From a virus, in the IMG/VR virus record IMGVR_UViG_3300012953_000014, positions 32,001 through 96,000 of that record: a stretch of DNA of 64,000 nt, one strand, 5' to 3'. The stretch's first letter is position 1. Each line of letters starts with the position of its first letter. The notes under the pieces are model-generated. The model was not told the origin of the DNA, did not search any database, and was given only the letters and a program-made list of their open reading frames with translations. This document shows, in pieces, positions 1 through 9,219 of the stretch. Both the position numbers and the translations under genes were made by a program.

Positions 1-113
1 GTTGGTGGGTTATTGTCCCCAGCTGATGGCATCTTATACCAATGATCTAACTCGTCATCCCGTGTGAGTGTGTATGTCGCTCCACCCTTTACTCTAAAAA
101 CCAAACTTCCCAT
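1..113 (-). CDS. Partial hypothetical protein (runs off the window)
   Basis: ATG at 113 after an AAGGAG RBS; open frame MGSLVFRVKGGATYTLTRDDELDHW to the window edge. Confidence 0.6.
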   Translation of the reverse strand, partial: MGSLVFRVKGGATYTLTRDDELDHWYKMPSAGDNNPP

Positions 114-259
114 TTTTTTCTCCTTTATTTTACCTAATCTTAGTCTTGTGTTTGAATGTTATTTGTTATACTCAGTTTTCTTAATGTGTGGTTGTAATAA
201 AATAATGTATGATAATGTAAATAGATTTTAATGACGTGAAAAGGTTAAAAAATGTTTAT

Positions 260-535
260 TTATTTGGGGATTGCATTTTTGACATCATTAGATAAATCTC
301 TGACAAGTTTTGCAACATCATCTTTGTTGTCCATAAAATACTCTACACTCTTATCTTTTAAGAACTGATAAACTCCTTCAAGAGCTTCTTTGCTGCCATG
401 AGCTTTGCCATTTTCATAAGCATTGTTGACCAATTCATTAATCCGATCCTGACTGCTGTCTGGCGGAGGTGGGCTTGAAGTGAAATTACTTCCTCTTTCT
501 TCTTGGTCTTTTGTGTTTTGTTTTTTTGAAGCCAT
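260..535 (-). CDS. Hypothetical protein
   Basis: 91-aa ORF with GAGAGG RBS. Confidence 0.7.
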   Translation of the reverse strand: MASKKQNTKDQEERGSNFTSSPPPPDSSQDRINELVNNAYENGKAHGSKEALEGVYQFLKDKSVEYFMDNKDDVAKLVRDLSNDVKNAIPK

Positions 536-590
536 ATTTTTATCCTCTCATATAAATACTTTTTTCAAATAGATAATACCCCACTTTATT

Positions 591-598
591 ACTATTTA
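591..598 (+). promoter_or_regulatory. ACTATTTA putative late promoter (plus-strand copy)
   Basis: 8 nt upstream of ATG 607; the same word precedes many structural genes in sense orientation. Confidence 0.6.
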
Positions 599-606
599 TT
601 GTAGCA

Positions 607-1032
607 ATGGGATTCGGTGGAGGCTTTAGCGGCGGCAAAAAAGGCGGCGGATTGAATGTGGTAAGCGGTTCCCACGGTCAAATATTACGATTTTGCTCTG
701 GCTCCGGTGCAGTAATTGGCACAGAAGAGTGGACCATTGGTGACGATGGGTGTTTTGACATTACCGGATCAATGAAAATAAAAGGTGAAGTAAGGCATTC
801 TGGCACTATCGCTTCTGAAAATGGAAGTGACAATCTCGGAACATCACAGAATAAATATGCCAACGTAAACGTCAAAGACATTCAAGCGACGAATGTATAC
901 ACTGGTGATTTACACATGAAAAATGAAAGGGGAGATTGGACTTTACACGAGGAACCCGACTGCCTAGTAGTGAGAAATAATTTAACCGGTGAAAAATTCA
1001 AACTTGTATTAGAAAAAATTGAAAAAAAATAA
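607..1032 (+). CDS. Short tail-fibre-related protein
   Basis: C-terminal NVYTGDLHMKNERGDWTLHEE..VRNNLTG module shared with the downstream fibre; Gly-rich N-terminus. Confidence 0.6.
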   Translation: MGFGGGFSGGKKGGGLNVVSGSHGQILRFCSGSGAVIGTEEWTIGDDGCFDITGSMKIKGEVRHSGTIASENGSDNLGTSQNKYANVNVKDIQATNVYTGDLHMKNERGDWTLHEEPDCLVVRNNLTGEKFKLVLEKIEKK

Positions 1033-1250
1033 TATGCCCTAAACAGCCGTTATTCCTTAAAATGGCTCAAATTAAGCAATACTACACGAATTTGTAACTT
1101 CCGAAAACAAATCGACTATCTATTTAGTTCGAAGTGCGATGGTTTATCAATAGGGTTAAACCGGGCACACTTTGGGGAAATAAACATAAAATAACTTTGG
1201 CATACTACTCAATGCAGTAGTGTGTTTGTTATTTTGGAGGATATAATACT

Positions 1251-3872
1251 ATGGCTAATTATCATGGTTTATTAAAGGGCGGATCCGGTAGTTTCGCCTC
1301 GGTCGTACTCGGTGGCAGCGGTGACTCTGCAACCGGTTATACCGTTATGAAGACATCTTCAGCTGGTAACTCGATTGACTTGGCAAACATTAACAAGTTG
1401 ACTGCTTCTTATGCTAAGATTACTGAACTTGATGTAGTAACACTTAACAGTATTACTCAAACTCAAGAAAATCTTAACGTTTCTGCTTCTTTGATTGTTG
1501 CATCTGATGGTGCGGGAGCATCTAATGAAGCTGATGGTTCTGGTCTCTACATTTCTGGTGCTAATGCATCATTAACATGGGACGACGGCAATAGCCGAAT
1601 GGCAATCAATAAATCGTTTTACGGTTCTGCGGCTGCTGAATTTGGTGGTAACGTTACTGCTGTCGGTTCATTCATTATCGGTTCTGCTGATTTGAATGAA
1701 GCTGATATGGAGAAGATTGATGGGATTACTGATGGAACTGTTGCTGCTAATAAGGCAGTAGTAGTTGATGCTAACAAAGATGCTGATGGTTTCCGTCACG
1801 TAACTTCAACTGGTGCTATCACTGCTGGTACTTCATTTATCATTGGCTCTGCTGATTTGAATGAAGCTGACATGGAAAAACTAGATGGGATTACTGATGG
1901 TGCTGTAGCAGCTTCGAAAGCAGTTGTTGTAGATTCTAACAAAGATGCTTCAGGTTTCCGTAACATAACTTTGGCTGGAATGTCTGGTTCAAGTACATTG
2001 GAAGCTGTTGGTGCGGCTACACTTGGTAGCACACTTGGAGTATCTGGTGCTGCTACATTTAGTGGTCTTATCAGCTCTAATGCTGGCGTAAAAGGTACCT
2101 CTTATAGTGGTTCAACCACATTAGAGGCTGTTGGTGCTGCTAGACTTGGTAGTACACTAAGTGTTACTGGTGCTGCTTCTTTTGCTAGCTACATCAGTGC
2201 TTCTAGTTATGTAAGTGCGTCTTCGTTTTCACTTGGTGAGAACTCAGCGACTATTGAATACAGCGATGCATTGGATTTGAGCCTTGGTTCAACCAAATAT
2301 GCTGCTCTTTCAACAGATTACTTTTCGGCGTCTGTCGAGCTTCAAGGCCCAACTGTTCACAGTTCTGGTTCTATTACTGCTGGCACCTCATTTATCATCG
2401 GTTCTGCTGATTTAAATGAAGCTGACATGGAAAAACTAGATGGGATTACTAATGGTTCTGTCGCTGCTAACAAAGCAGTGGTAGTTGACGGCAATGCTGA
2501 CGCTTCTGGTTTCCGCAATGTAACTGGCACAGGTGCTATCACCGCTGGTACTTCTTTCATTATTGGTTCTGCTGATTTGAACGAAGCTGACATGGAAAAA
2601 CTAGATGGAATTACTGACGGTGCTGGTGCGGCTAACAAGGCTCTTGTTCTTGATGGCAATGCTGATATCGCTTCTGGTCTACGTTCTTTAACTGGTTCAG
2701 GCGATCTTAAGTTTGTTAATGCTCATTTGTCAGGTGACTTATATGTTGCTGACGACCTTGAAGCTGATGCTGCTACCTTTAGTGGTCTTGTTAGTTCTAA
2801 TGCTGGTGTGAAAGGTACCTCTTATAGTGGTTCTTCTACACTCATTGCAATGGGAGCTGCGAATCTTGGTAGTACACTTGGAGTATCTGGCGCTGCAACA
2901 TTTGCAGGTAACGTTCAAACTGGTAAACTATTTGTAACCGACAAATTGAGTGGTTCAAGTGATGCAGAGTTTGTTGGTTCTGTTAAATCAATTGGCAACA
3001 TGGCATCTTCTGGTTCTATCACTGCTGGATCTTCGTTCATTATTGGCTCTGCTGATATTAACGAAACTGATCTTGAAAAGATTGACGGAATTACCAACGG
3101 TACTGTAGCGGCTGCGAAAGCAGTTGTTGTAGATTCTAATAAAGATGCTTCTGGATTCCGTAACGTAACTGCTGAAGGTTCATTTATTATCGGTTCTGCT
3201 GATTTAAATGAAACTGATATGGAGAAGATTGATGGGATTACCAATGGTGCTGGTGCAGCTAATAAGGCTCTTGTCTTAGATGCTAGTGCTGACGTTGCTT
3301 CCGGTCTACGCTCTGTAACAGGTTCAGGAGATCTTAAGTTTGTTAACGCTCACTTATCAGGTGACTTATATGTCGCTGATGATATCACTGCTGATGCTGC
3401 TACATTTAGTGGTCTTGTTTCTACGAATGCTGGTGCGAAGGGTACTTTCTTCAGTGGTTCAAGCACACTACAAGCTGTCGGTGCGGCTACCCTTGGTAGC
3501 ACATTGAATGTTTCTGGTGCTGCAACAATGAATGCTATCACAGCGACATCGGTTGCTGGTACTTCTTTCAGTGGCTCAAGCACACTACAAGCTGTTGGTG
3601 CAACTACCCTTGGTAGTACACTAAACGTTTCTGGTGCTGCTGTATTTGCTAGTACTGGTGAGTTTGGTGGTCATTTGACTCCAGGCTCCGATTCGACTTA
3701 TAACTTAGGTTCTACGGCGAAACGATGGGCTAACATTTACACAGGCGATCTCCACCTCAAGAATGAGCGTGGTAACTGGACTATCTTTGAGGAAGCTGAC
3801 CACTTGCGGGTCCGAAACAACCTCACTGGTAAGATGTACAAGATGGGTCTAACCCCACTTAGCGAAGATTAA
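1251..3872 (+). CDS. Repeat-rich tail fibre / virion fibre protein
   Basis: 873 aa, Gly/Ser/Ala/Thr-rich, two interleaved repeat types, C-terminal WANIYTGDLHL module; GGAGG RBS. Confidence 0.75.
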   Translation: MANYHGLLKGGSGSFASVVLGGSGDSATGYTVMKTSSAGNSIDLANINKLTASYAKITELDVVTLNSITQTQENLNVSASLIVASDGAGASNEADGSGLYISGANASLTWDDGNSRMAINKSFYGSAAAEFGGNVTAVGSFIIGSADLNEADMEKIDGITDGTVAANKAVVVDANKDADGFRHVTSTGAITAGTSFIIGSADLNEADMEKLDGITDGAVAASKAVVVDSNKDASGFRNITLAGMSGSSTLEAVGAATLGSTLGVSGAATFSGLISSNAGVKGTSYSGSTTLEAVGAARLGSTLSVTGAASFASYISASSYVSASSFSLGENSATIEYSDALDLSLGSTKYAALSTDYFSASVELQGPTVHSSGSITAGTSFIIGSADLNEADMEKLDGITNGSVAANKAVVVDGNADASGFRNVTGTGAITAGTSFIIGSADLNEADMEKLDGITDGAGAANKALVLDGNADIASGLRSLTGSGDLKFVNAHLSGDLYVADDLEADAATFSGLVSSNAGVKGTSYSGSSTLIAMGAANLGSTLGVSGAATFAGNVQTGKLFVTDKLSGSSDAEFVGSVKSIGNMASSGSITAGSSFIIGSADINETDLEKIDGITNGTVAAAKAVVVDSNKDASGFRNVTAEGSFIIGSADLNETDMEKIDGITNGAGAANKALVLDASADVASGLRSVTGSGDLKFVNAHLSGDLYVADDITADAATFSGLVSTNAGAKGTFFSGSSTLQAVGAATLGSTLNVSGAATMNAITATSVAGTSFSGSSTLQAVGATTLGSTLNVSGAAVFASTGEFGGHLTPGSDSTYNLGSTAKRWANIYTGDLHLKNERGNWTIFEEADHLRVRNNLTGKMYKMGLTPLSED
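1669..3650 (+). repeat. Intragenic repeats in the fibre gene
   Basis: 6 copies of SFIIGSAD(L/I)NE.D.EK.DGIT.G..AA.KA.V.D and 5 copies of SGS.TL.A.GAA.LGSTL.V.GAA; near-identical at DNA level. Confidence 0.9.
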
Positions 3873-3900
3873 TATCTACGTTAAACGTCAATAAGTGACA

Positions 3901-3945
3901 AAAAAGTCCTCCGTCCGATTTGTAATCGGGCGGGGGCATTTTTAT
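3901..3945. terminator. Bidirectional intrinsic terminator
   Basis: GTCCTCCGTCCGATT-TGT-AATCGGGCGGGGGC hairpin flanked by an A-run and a T-run, between convergent genes. Confidence 0.8.
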
Positions 3946-4148
3946 ATATTCTTTTTCAGTTTTATGATCACAACGCTTTTTGAAAATTTATTCCCGTCTT
4001 TATCTTCAAAGTTTGTTGGGCCAGCGTGCAAGAATGGTTGGTGGTCGACGACATAATACTCTTCTTTATCATCTTCTTTCAGGATGAAGACAACTTCTTC
4101 ATCGTGATATTCTTGTTTTAATCTTGATATAACTTCATCAATTCTCAT
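3942..4148 (-). CDS. Hypothetical protein (probable start MRIDEV)
   Basis: ATG at 4148 overlaps the upstream stop (ATGA coupling). Confidence 0.6.
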   Translation of the reverse strand: MRIDEVISRLKQEYHDEEVVFILKEDDKEEYYVVDHQPFLHAGPTNFEDKDGNKFSKSVVIIKLKKNI

Positions 4149-4444
4149 AAGAAATATCCCAATATAAATGAGTTTGTAACCAAAGAAGCAAAAAGAGACC
4201 AAGCCAAAAACTTTAACATTCGATCCCTTGCCCTTATTGAATCCGCCAAGATTATATATGATTCTTCGTTTTTTTGTATAATATCTTTTTCTATCCTATT
4301 CACTTCATTATCCAGTCTTTGTGAAATCTCACCAATAACTTCATTTCCAATTTTTTGTCTTTCTTGCTTATCTTTTTCTTTTTGTGCAGCTGCTTTTAAC
4401 ATTGCAGCACTATGAAAATCTCGACTAAAGCCACCTTGAGGCAT
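4145..4444 (-). CDS. Hypothetical membrane-anchored coiled-coil protein
   Basis: Charged helix followed by a C-terminal hydrophobic segment. Confidence 0.6.
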   Translation of the reverse strand: MPQGGFSRDFHSAAMLKAAAQKEKDKQERQKIGNEVIGEISQRLDNEVNRIEKDIIQKNEESYIILADSIRARDRMLKFLAWSLFASLVTNSFILGYFL

Positions 4445-4872
4445 TATCCTACTCCTTGTGAACCGCTCCAGTTATGAAACAGTTCTTTTGCGTCAATACT
4501 TGTTAAACCTGCAACAATGGATGCTGTGGCGTTTAAAGAGCCACCAGTTGGACTGACTCTCATATAAACTTCCTTGACTCTCCAATCGGCAGAATAAGAT
4601 TCTTGATTTGATAAAATAACCCAATTGTTATTTTCCGCTCCATTAACTCCATTTTGGGAAAACCCTACTCTCATATCCACTTCATTTGAACCATCAGGTC
4701 CAGAATTTTTTATGGTGATAAAGCGGGTTACGTTTGGTAAACTGATTTTTACAACCGTATTATCAGATGGAATATCGATTGATGATGATAAATAAGGTTG
4801 CGCACTTGCTTGGTACGATCCAACATTACCTACGCCCGCTCTATGATCAAAATATTGTTTAGCTACTGTCAA
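4444..4872 (-). CDS. Putative virion protein, paralog of the triplet at 37975-39229
   Basis: GVGNVGSYQ..IVAGLT..NWSGSQGVG motifs shared with the three head-module paralogs. Confidence 0.7.
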   Translation of the reverse strand: MTVAKQYFDHRAGVGNVGSYQASAQPYLSSSIDIPSDNTVVKISLPNVTRFITIKNSGPDGSNEVDMRVGFSQNGVNGAENNNWVILSNQESYSADWRVKEVYMRVSPTGGSLNATASIVAGLTSIDAKELFHNWSGSQGVG

Positions 4873-4893
4873 AATAAAAATTTCCTTCTTATA

Positions 4894-5838
4894 TTAAATA
4901 GTTTCAGGGTCATCTTCTCCCACTTTATTCCAAGTACGGTATTTTAAAAATGAAAGTTTTGGTTTCAACATCTTCTTACTTTCCTCGGAGCCCAAATATT
5001 TACACAAGTTTTCCCAACAACTAATATCATAATACCAATCCATTTCAATTTTAAATGATTTTTTTGTAATATTTAAGTGACTAAAAACATCTCTTACTTC
5101 AAAATATCTTCCTGAATATCTCTCTTCTTTGGGTAGAAGTTTCGTAATATACTTCCCATCTCTCCTCTCGCTAACTGGTTGAGATGGATCATACTTTCCT
5201 GTTTGTTTGTTCCAAAAATATTTAGTAAGCTGTCCGATTTCTTTTGAGTCAAATGCAAAACCAGCATACTCCCCGTCTAAAACAGAGTTTCCTTTATCAG
5301 TTAAGACAAAGAAAGTTCCATGATTTGATATTTCGGATCTATACCTTCTCAAGTGTTGCGAAGGATAAACAGCATATGGAAAGGCAACATAATATTTGTT
5401 TGGCGCTACCCATTGACTAAGTGCATTGCAAACTTTTTTTGCGACTTTGGCTCCATACAGGATAGCCCAAGCCATACAGTCACGCTTATCTTGATCTCTT
5501 GGGTGAGTTTCTACATAATAAATGGGTATCTCTCTTCTGGATTCCGACGGGAAGGCATCCATCTTACGACTAATCCACACAGGGTCTTGGACCATTTCTC
5601 CCAAACGATGTTTTAATAGTGGTTGCATGTTTGGTGGGCAAACAATCCAGATGGTTTCACAACCAGCTGTAGCGCACTCAAGAACAGCTCTCTCAATTGC
5701 CAAAAAGTTAGAAGATATTGGAACCAAACAATCGTGCCACGGGAACTGAAAATCCAAAGGTTGAGCAGCAACGGGAATAATCCCAGCAAGATGAAAAGAT
5801 TTAAGATTTACATGTTCGCTTGAAGATATTTGAGGCAT
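4894..5838 (-). CDS. Nucleotidyltransferase (NTP-transferase/GT-A)-like protein
   Basis: N-terminus AGIIPVAA..DCLVPI..AIERAVLECATAGCETIWIV resembles sugar-1-phosphate nucleotidyltransferases; GxGxR loop degenerate. Confidence 0.55.
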   Translation of the reverse strand: MPQISSSEHVNLKSFHLAGIIPVAAQPLDFQFPWHDCLVPISSNFLAIERAVLECATAGCETIWIVCPPNMQPLLKHRLGEMVQDPVWISRKMDAFPSESRREIPIYYVETHPRDQDKRDCMAWAILYGAKVAKKVCNALSQWVAPNKYYVAFPYAVYPSQHLRRYRSEISNHGTFFVLTDKGNSVLDGEYAGFAFDSKEIGQLTKYFWNKQTGKYDPSQPVSERRDGKYITKLLPKEERYSGRYFEVRDVFSHLNITKKSFKIEMDWYYDISCWENLCKYLGSEESKKMLKPKLSFLKYRTWNKVGEDDPETI

Positions 5839-6763
5839 AAGATTCTTTTAGGGGATTTTTGTTTATTATATCATCAAATGAGTCATAATTGAAAATAATA
5901 TTATCATATGATTTGTGAACGTTTTTAGGGTATACTATTTGCCTGGTTATGTTTTCGATTTTAACATCATAGTATTTAAACTTCGTTTTATCATTCATGT
6001 CTCTGCCGTTTCTTGCACCCTTTATTCCGGCTTCTTTCATCATATATTTTGTCTTGAACCTAGCATTAATGTCGGAATACTCAAAAGTGTTTAAATCTTT
6101 TTTTAGGATGTAAGAGATAGACACCGCATCTTTAAAATCATGATCTCCGGTGACACGCTCAGATGGGTAGAAAAGTATGCACTTAACAAAATCAGTAGCG
6201 TCTTCTATCCTGTCATACTTATGTTTCATTCCGCTTCGAACACGGAACCAGTCATAAACCTCGCATAAGTCACCAGTGGGTTGCCCCACTCTCAAGCCCT
6301 GCAACTTATTATCATCAAACACAATCAAATTTTTATAATGTATCTTCGCCATTCTCGCATTTGAGGTAGGTGCTTTTAAAATATTGTCTGATATCCTTAG
6401 AGACACTGGTTTATCCATCGTGGGAAAGAGACCAGCATTAGATAAAGAAAACAGGAGTCTCTCCCATAACCACAACTTATTTAACCCAACTTTCTTTTCT
6501 GCAAAATTTGTCTTTATTGTTTTGGTAACGTTTTCTAATCCAAAAACGGATAAATCTTGATTGTGCTCGAAGTTTTCGAAATGAAATGGGGGTGTCAAAT
6601 CAGAACTGATAATCGGAATATTATTTAGGAAGGAATAGGTTAGTGCCTCAAGAGAAGAGCCAACAACTAGGTTGTCGCACTTTATATTTATATCTCTTAT
6701 TTTTGAGTGAAGTTCACTGTTTGTCTGTAAATATGATGATTTCACAAGTGACCACCCACACAA
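5801..6763 (-). CDS. Hypothetical protein with a degenerate Rossmann-like N-terminus
   Basis: CDNLVVGSSLEALTYS resembles a dinucleotide-binding beta-alpha start. Confidence 0.45.
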   Translation of the reverse strand: MCGWSLVKSSYLQTNSELHSKIRDINIKCDNLVVGSSLEALTYSFLNNIPIISSDLTPPFHFENFEHNQDLSVFGLENVTKTIKTNFAEKKVGLNKLWLWERLLFSLSNAGLFPTMDKPVSLRISDNILKAPTSNARMAKIHYKNLIVFDDNKLQGLRVGQPTGDLCEVYDWFRVRSGMKHKYDRIEDATDFVKCILFYPSERVTGDHDFKDAVSISYILKKDLNTFEYSDINARFKTKYMMKEAGIKGARNGRDMNDKTKFKYYDVKIENITRQIVYPKNVHKSYDNIIFNYDSFDDIINKNPLKESYASNIFKRTCKS

Positions 6764-6781
6764 TAAGAACTATAAATAACT

Positions 6782-7105
6782 TTACTTCTTGCACCGATGT
6801 AGAGGCTCAAGCTTTTCTCTTATTTTTTTAGCCATTTCAAAGTTTTTAGCAGTTACAGACTTCAGCTCGCCGAAGACAAACTCTCTGTTTTCAGAATAAT
6901 TTTGCTCATCTAAAAGAACCTTTATCCCTTCACTCCTGGCGCAAACATCATTAAAGTCTGGTACAATGAATGAAATCATCTCTTGTTTTATTGGGTCATC
7001 ATCGCACAACGCAGCTGCATTGCGCAACTCGACGCTAGATTCTACAAACTCTGTACACATATTTATAAATTCAAATAACTCAAGCTCTGTCATAATCGTC
7101 CTCAT
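6782..7105 (-). CDS. Hypothetical protein
   Basis: ORF packed into the operon; start uncertain. Confidence 0.6.
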   Translation of the reverse strand: MRTIMTELELFEFINMCTEFVESSVELRNAAALCDDDPIKQEMISFIVPDFNDVCARSEGIKVLLDEQNYSENREFVFGELKSVTAKNFEMAKKIREKLEPLHRCKK

Positions 7106-7433
7106 ATCTTATTATGTCATCTTCTCCGAAGTAATCTCCAGTTTGAACCTCAACAAAAATCAGTTTCTTTTTACCCGTGCATTCAATGCGATGTCTCGAT
7201 TCTTTAGGGATAAAGAAAGAGCGACCAGGATAACAATCTAGCCCCTGATCTTCAAGGGTAACAATGCCTTCACCCTGAACAATAACCCAAATTTCTGATC
7301 TTCTGTGGTGTGACTGATAGCTCAGTCTTTGGCCTGGATTAACGACAATCTCTTTTAGTTTATAGTTTTTTCGATCTTGCAGAATTTCAAACGTTCCCCA
7401 AGGTCGCTCTTCAATGTTTTTTTGTTTCTTCAT
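7080..7433 (-). CDS. Mannose-6-phosphate isomerase type II cupin domain
   Basis: ERPWG..VNPGQRLSYQSHHRRSE.W..HRI..EVQTGDYFGEDDIIRYEDDY signature. Confidence 0.9.
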   Translation of the reverse strand: MKKQKNIEERPWGTFEILQDRKNYKLKEIVVNPGQRLSYQSHHRRSEIWVIVQGEGIVTLEDQGLDCYPGRSFFIPKESRHRIECTGKKKLIFVEVQTGDYFGEDDIIRYEDDYDRA

Positions 7434-8127
7434 ATGCTTTTACCGTTGCTGGATATAACTCCTTTGCTATACTTAAAAGAGCTTCTGCAACTTTCTGTAT
7501 TTCCCATTGTGCGCCCTCATGTGAGCGCAAGTCAATAAACTTCAGCAAATTGCTGAGGTTACATGAGCCATAATATTCTGTATACATGTTTTGTGGCAAG
7601 ACACCTCGGGCTTGCTCGCGACATACGCCTGCCGCAGTCAAATCGTCAAATAACTTTAAAGATTCCTTGTTATGCTTTTTTAATGCTTGAGCACAAGTGA
7701 ACTTGCTATTCAAAATACGATCTGGATATATCGGTGGATTAATCCGTTCTTCCGCATTGCTTGCTTGGCGATTGGACTTGTGTTGTGTTCTAAACGTAGC
7801 TGGCTCATAAAACTCAATATTGTATTGTGTGTATCTTCTACTGATTTCGTTATAGCTCCAGGTCCTGTGTCTGTGGTGTTGAGATCTGACGTATAGGGGC
7901 ACCTTAAACCTAAATGTTATCTGGCAATGCTCCAAAGTAGAGGTGTGTCGATGCTTAATCAGATATTTGATTAGTTTTTTATCTCCATCATCTAGTAGTT
8001 CTTTGTGCTTACCAAAAGATACACGAGCAGAATTAACGACACATAAGTCGCTACCCATGTGCTGGACATATTCCACTTTTCCTATACCATCTTCGTAAAG
8101 ATAAATTGGCTTTTCTAAGTTCGGCAT
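7411..8127 (-). CDS. thyX: Flavin-dependent thymidylate synthase
   Basis: NSARVS, H.STLEH, RHRTWSYNEISRRY motif, EQARGVLP, AQWEI. Confidence 0.95.
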   Translation of the reverse strand: MPNLEKPIYLYEDGIGKVEYVQHMGSDLCVVNSARVSFGKHKELLDDGDKKLIKYLIKHRHTSTLEHCQITFRFKVPLYVRSQHHRHRTWSYNEISRRYTQYNIEFYEPATFRTQHKSNRQASNAEERINPPIYPDRILNSKFTCAQALKKHNKESLKLFDDLTAAGVCREQARGVLPQNMYTEYYGSCNLSNLLKFIDLRSHEGAQWEIQKVAEALLSIAKELYPATVKAYEETKKH

Positions 8128-8135
8128 TTAATGAC

Positions 8136-8855
8136 CTACTCTGCTTCTGTCTTCTCGCTTTCATCGCTTATATTTGGTTTGGCACAACTTGGGTGAAAGC
8201 GATAGATTACGTCTTGTTTGCCATATTTTTGAACAAAATCTTTTGGAGCATAATCGGGATTGAAGTCATACCTCAAATACTCCTCAAAACCTAAATCTTC
8301 ATACAATCTTGATAAAAAACCATCAAAGTGATCCAAATAGCACCCTCCGTTGGAAATAGCGGATTTCATAAGCATTTTGCCAATCCCGCCGACTCCGGAC
8401 TCATTATTGTGAACCGCAACTACCTCTGATCTTCCAAATTCTTGATTATCTGTTACTGGATTTGTATATTGCTTTAGGGCGAAGCCAATGTTTTTTCCAG
8501 GGAGCTTAAACAACTCCATCTTGGACAACTCGCCTGTTGAATATTTAGTAAGCATTTCTGGCTTATCAGATCTCGACAGAGAGTCAAGAAACTCCTTCGG
8601 ACCAACTTCCTCATACTCGTTTTTGTTTATTAAATCAATAACTTCTTTTGTCTTCTCAGAATCTACCTCTTTCTCATCCAGTGAGAACATTTCTTTAATG
8701 AGGTATTCATTATACATTCTCTTCTCATAAGACAGATATCCAGAAGGAGACACGTGAGACTCCCACAAGTTTTGATGATATGCTCTTTTAGAATACTTTT
8801 TAATCTGTTCAGAGACTATGTTTTTTAATTCTTTTAACCCTATCTTTTTACTCAT
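8136..8855 (-). CDS. Leader-tagged protein with a GNAT-like C-terminal domain
   Basis: VAVHNN..GVGGIGKMLMKSA..LSRLYEDLGF resembles GNAT motifs A/B; probable start MSKKIG. Confidence 0.5.
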   Translation of the reverse strand: MSKKIGLKELKNIVSEQIKKYSKRAYHQNLWESHVSPSGYLSYEKRMYNEYLIKEMFSLDEKEVDSEKTKEVIDLINKNEYEEVGPKEFLDSLSRSDKPEMLTKYSTGELSKMELFKLPGKNIGFALKQYTNPVTDNQEFGRSEVVAVHNNESGVGGIGKMLMKSAISNGGCYLDHFDGFLSRLYEDLGFEEYLRYDFNPDYAPKDFVQKYGKQDVIYRFHPSCAKPNISDESEKTEAE

Positions 8856-9210
8856 CAATAACCCCAACAACATAGTTCTGATGTACTATATGGTATTGCT
8901 TAGTTTGAATGGTGACTTCTTCAATCATTCTCTTGTCTACTACTAAAGATATATCATCATTATTTTTGGCAGATGTTGTAAACACATCATCCATTGTTCC
9001 GGTTTGCGTTACCCATGTTTGTCGATCCTTGTTTAGGTTAAGTAAAAAAGTTTCACAATCGGACGAGGCACAAATAAATCTAACTTGACCATATCTTTCC
9101 TTATCCACTGTTTCAACCCCTTCAGGAATCAACACACCTGATGTTTGTTTCTCTGGGTGCTTGATCTTTTCTACCAAGATATGTTTGTTAAATGGTTTAA
9201 ACTTGCACAT
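8848..9210 (-). CDS. GroES/gp31-like co-chaperonin
   Basis: FKPFNKHILVE..QTSGVLIP..YHIVHQNYVVGVI. Confidence 0.7.
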   Translation of the reverse strand: MCKFKPFNKHILVEKIKHPEKQTSGVLIPEGVETVDKERYGQVRFICASSDCETFLLNLNKDRQTWVTQTGTMDDVFTTSAKNNDDISLVVDKRMIEEVTIQTKQYHIVHQNYVVGVIDE

Positions 9211-9219
9211 ATTTTCTCC

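Noticed and set aside
1796-3583. Repeated minus-strand ORFs within the fibre gene
   Set aside because: Antisense mirrors of the fibre repeats
1669-3650. Possible CRISPR array or DGR template/variable repeats
   Set aside because: Repeats are in-frame coding units with mostly synonymous differences, not adenine-specific; no spacers and no reverse transcriptase in the window
540-3945. Invertible fibre cassette
   Set aside because: No flanking inverted repeats or recombinase seen
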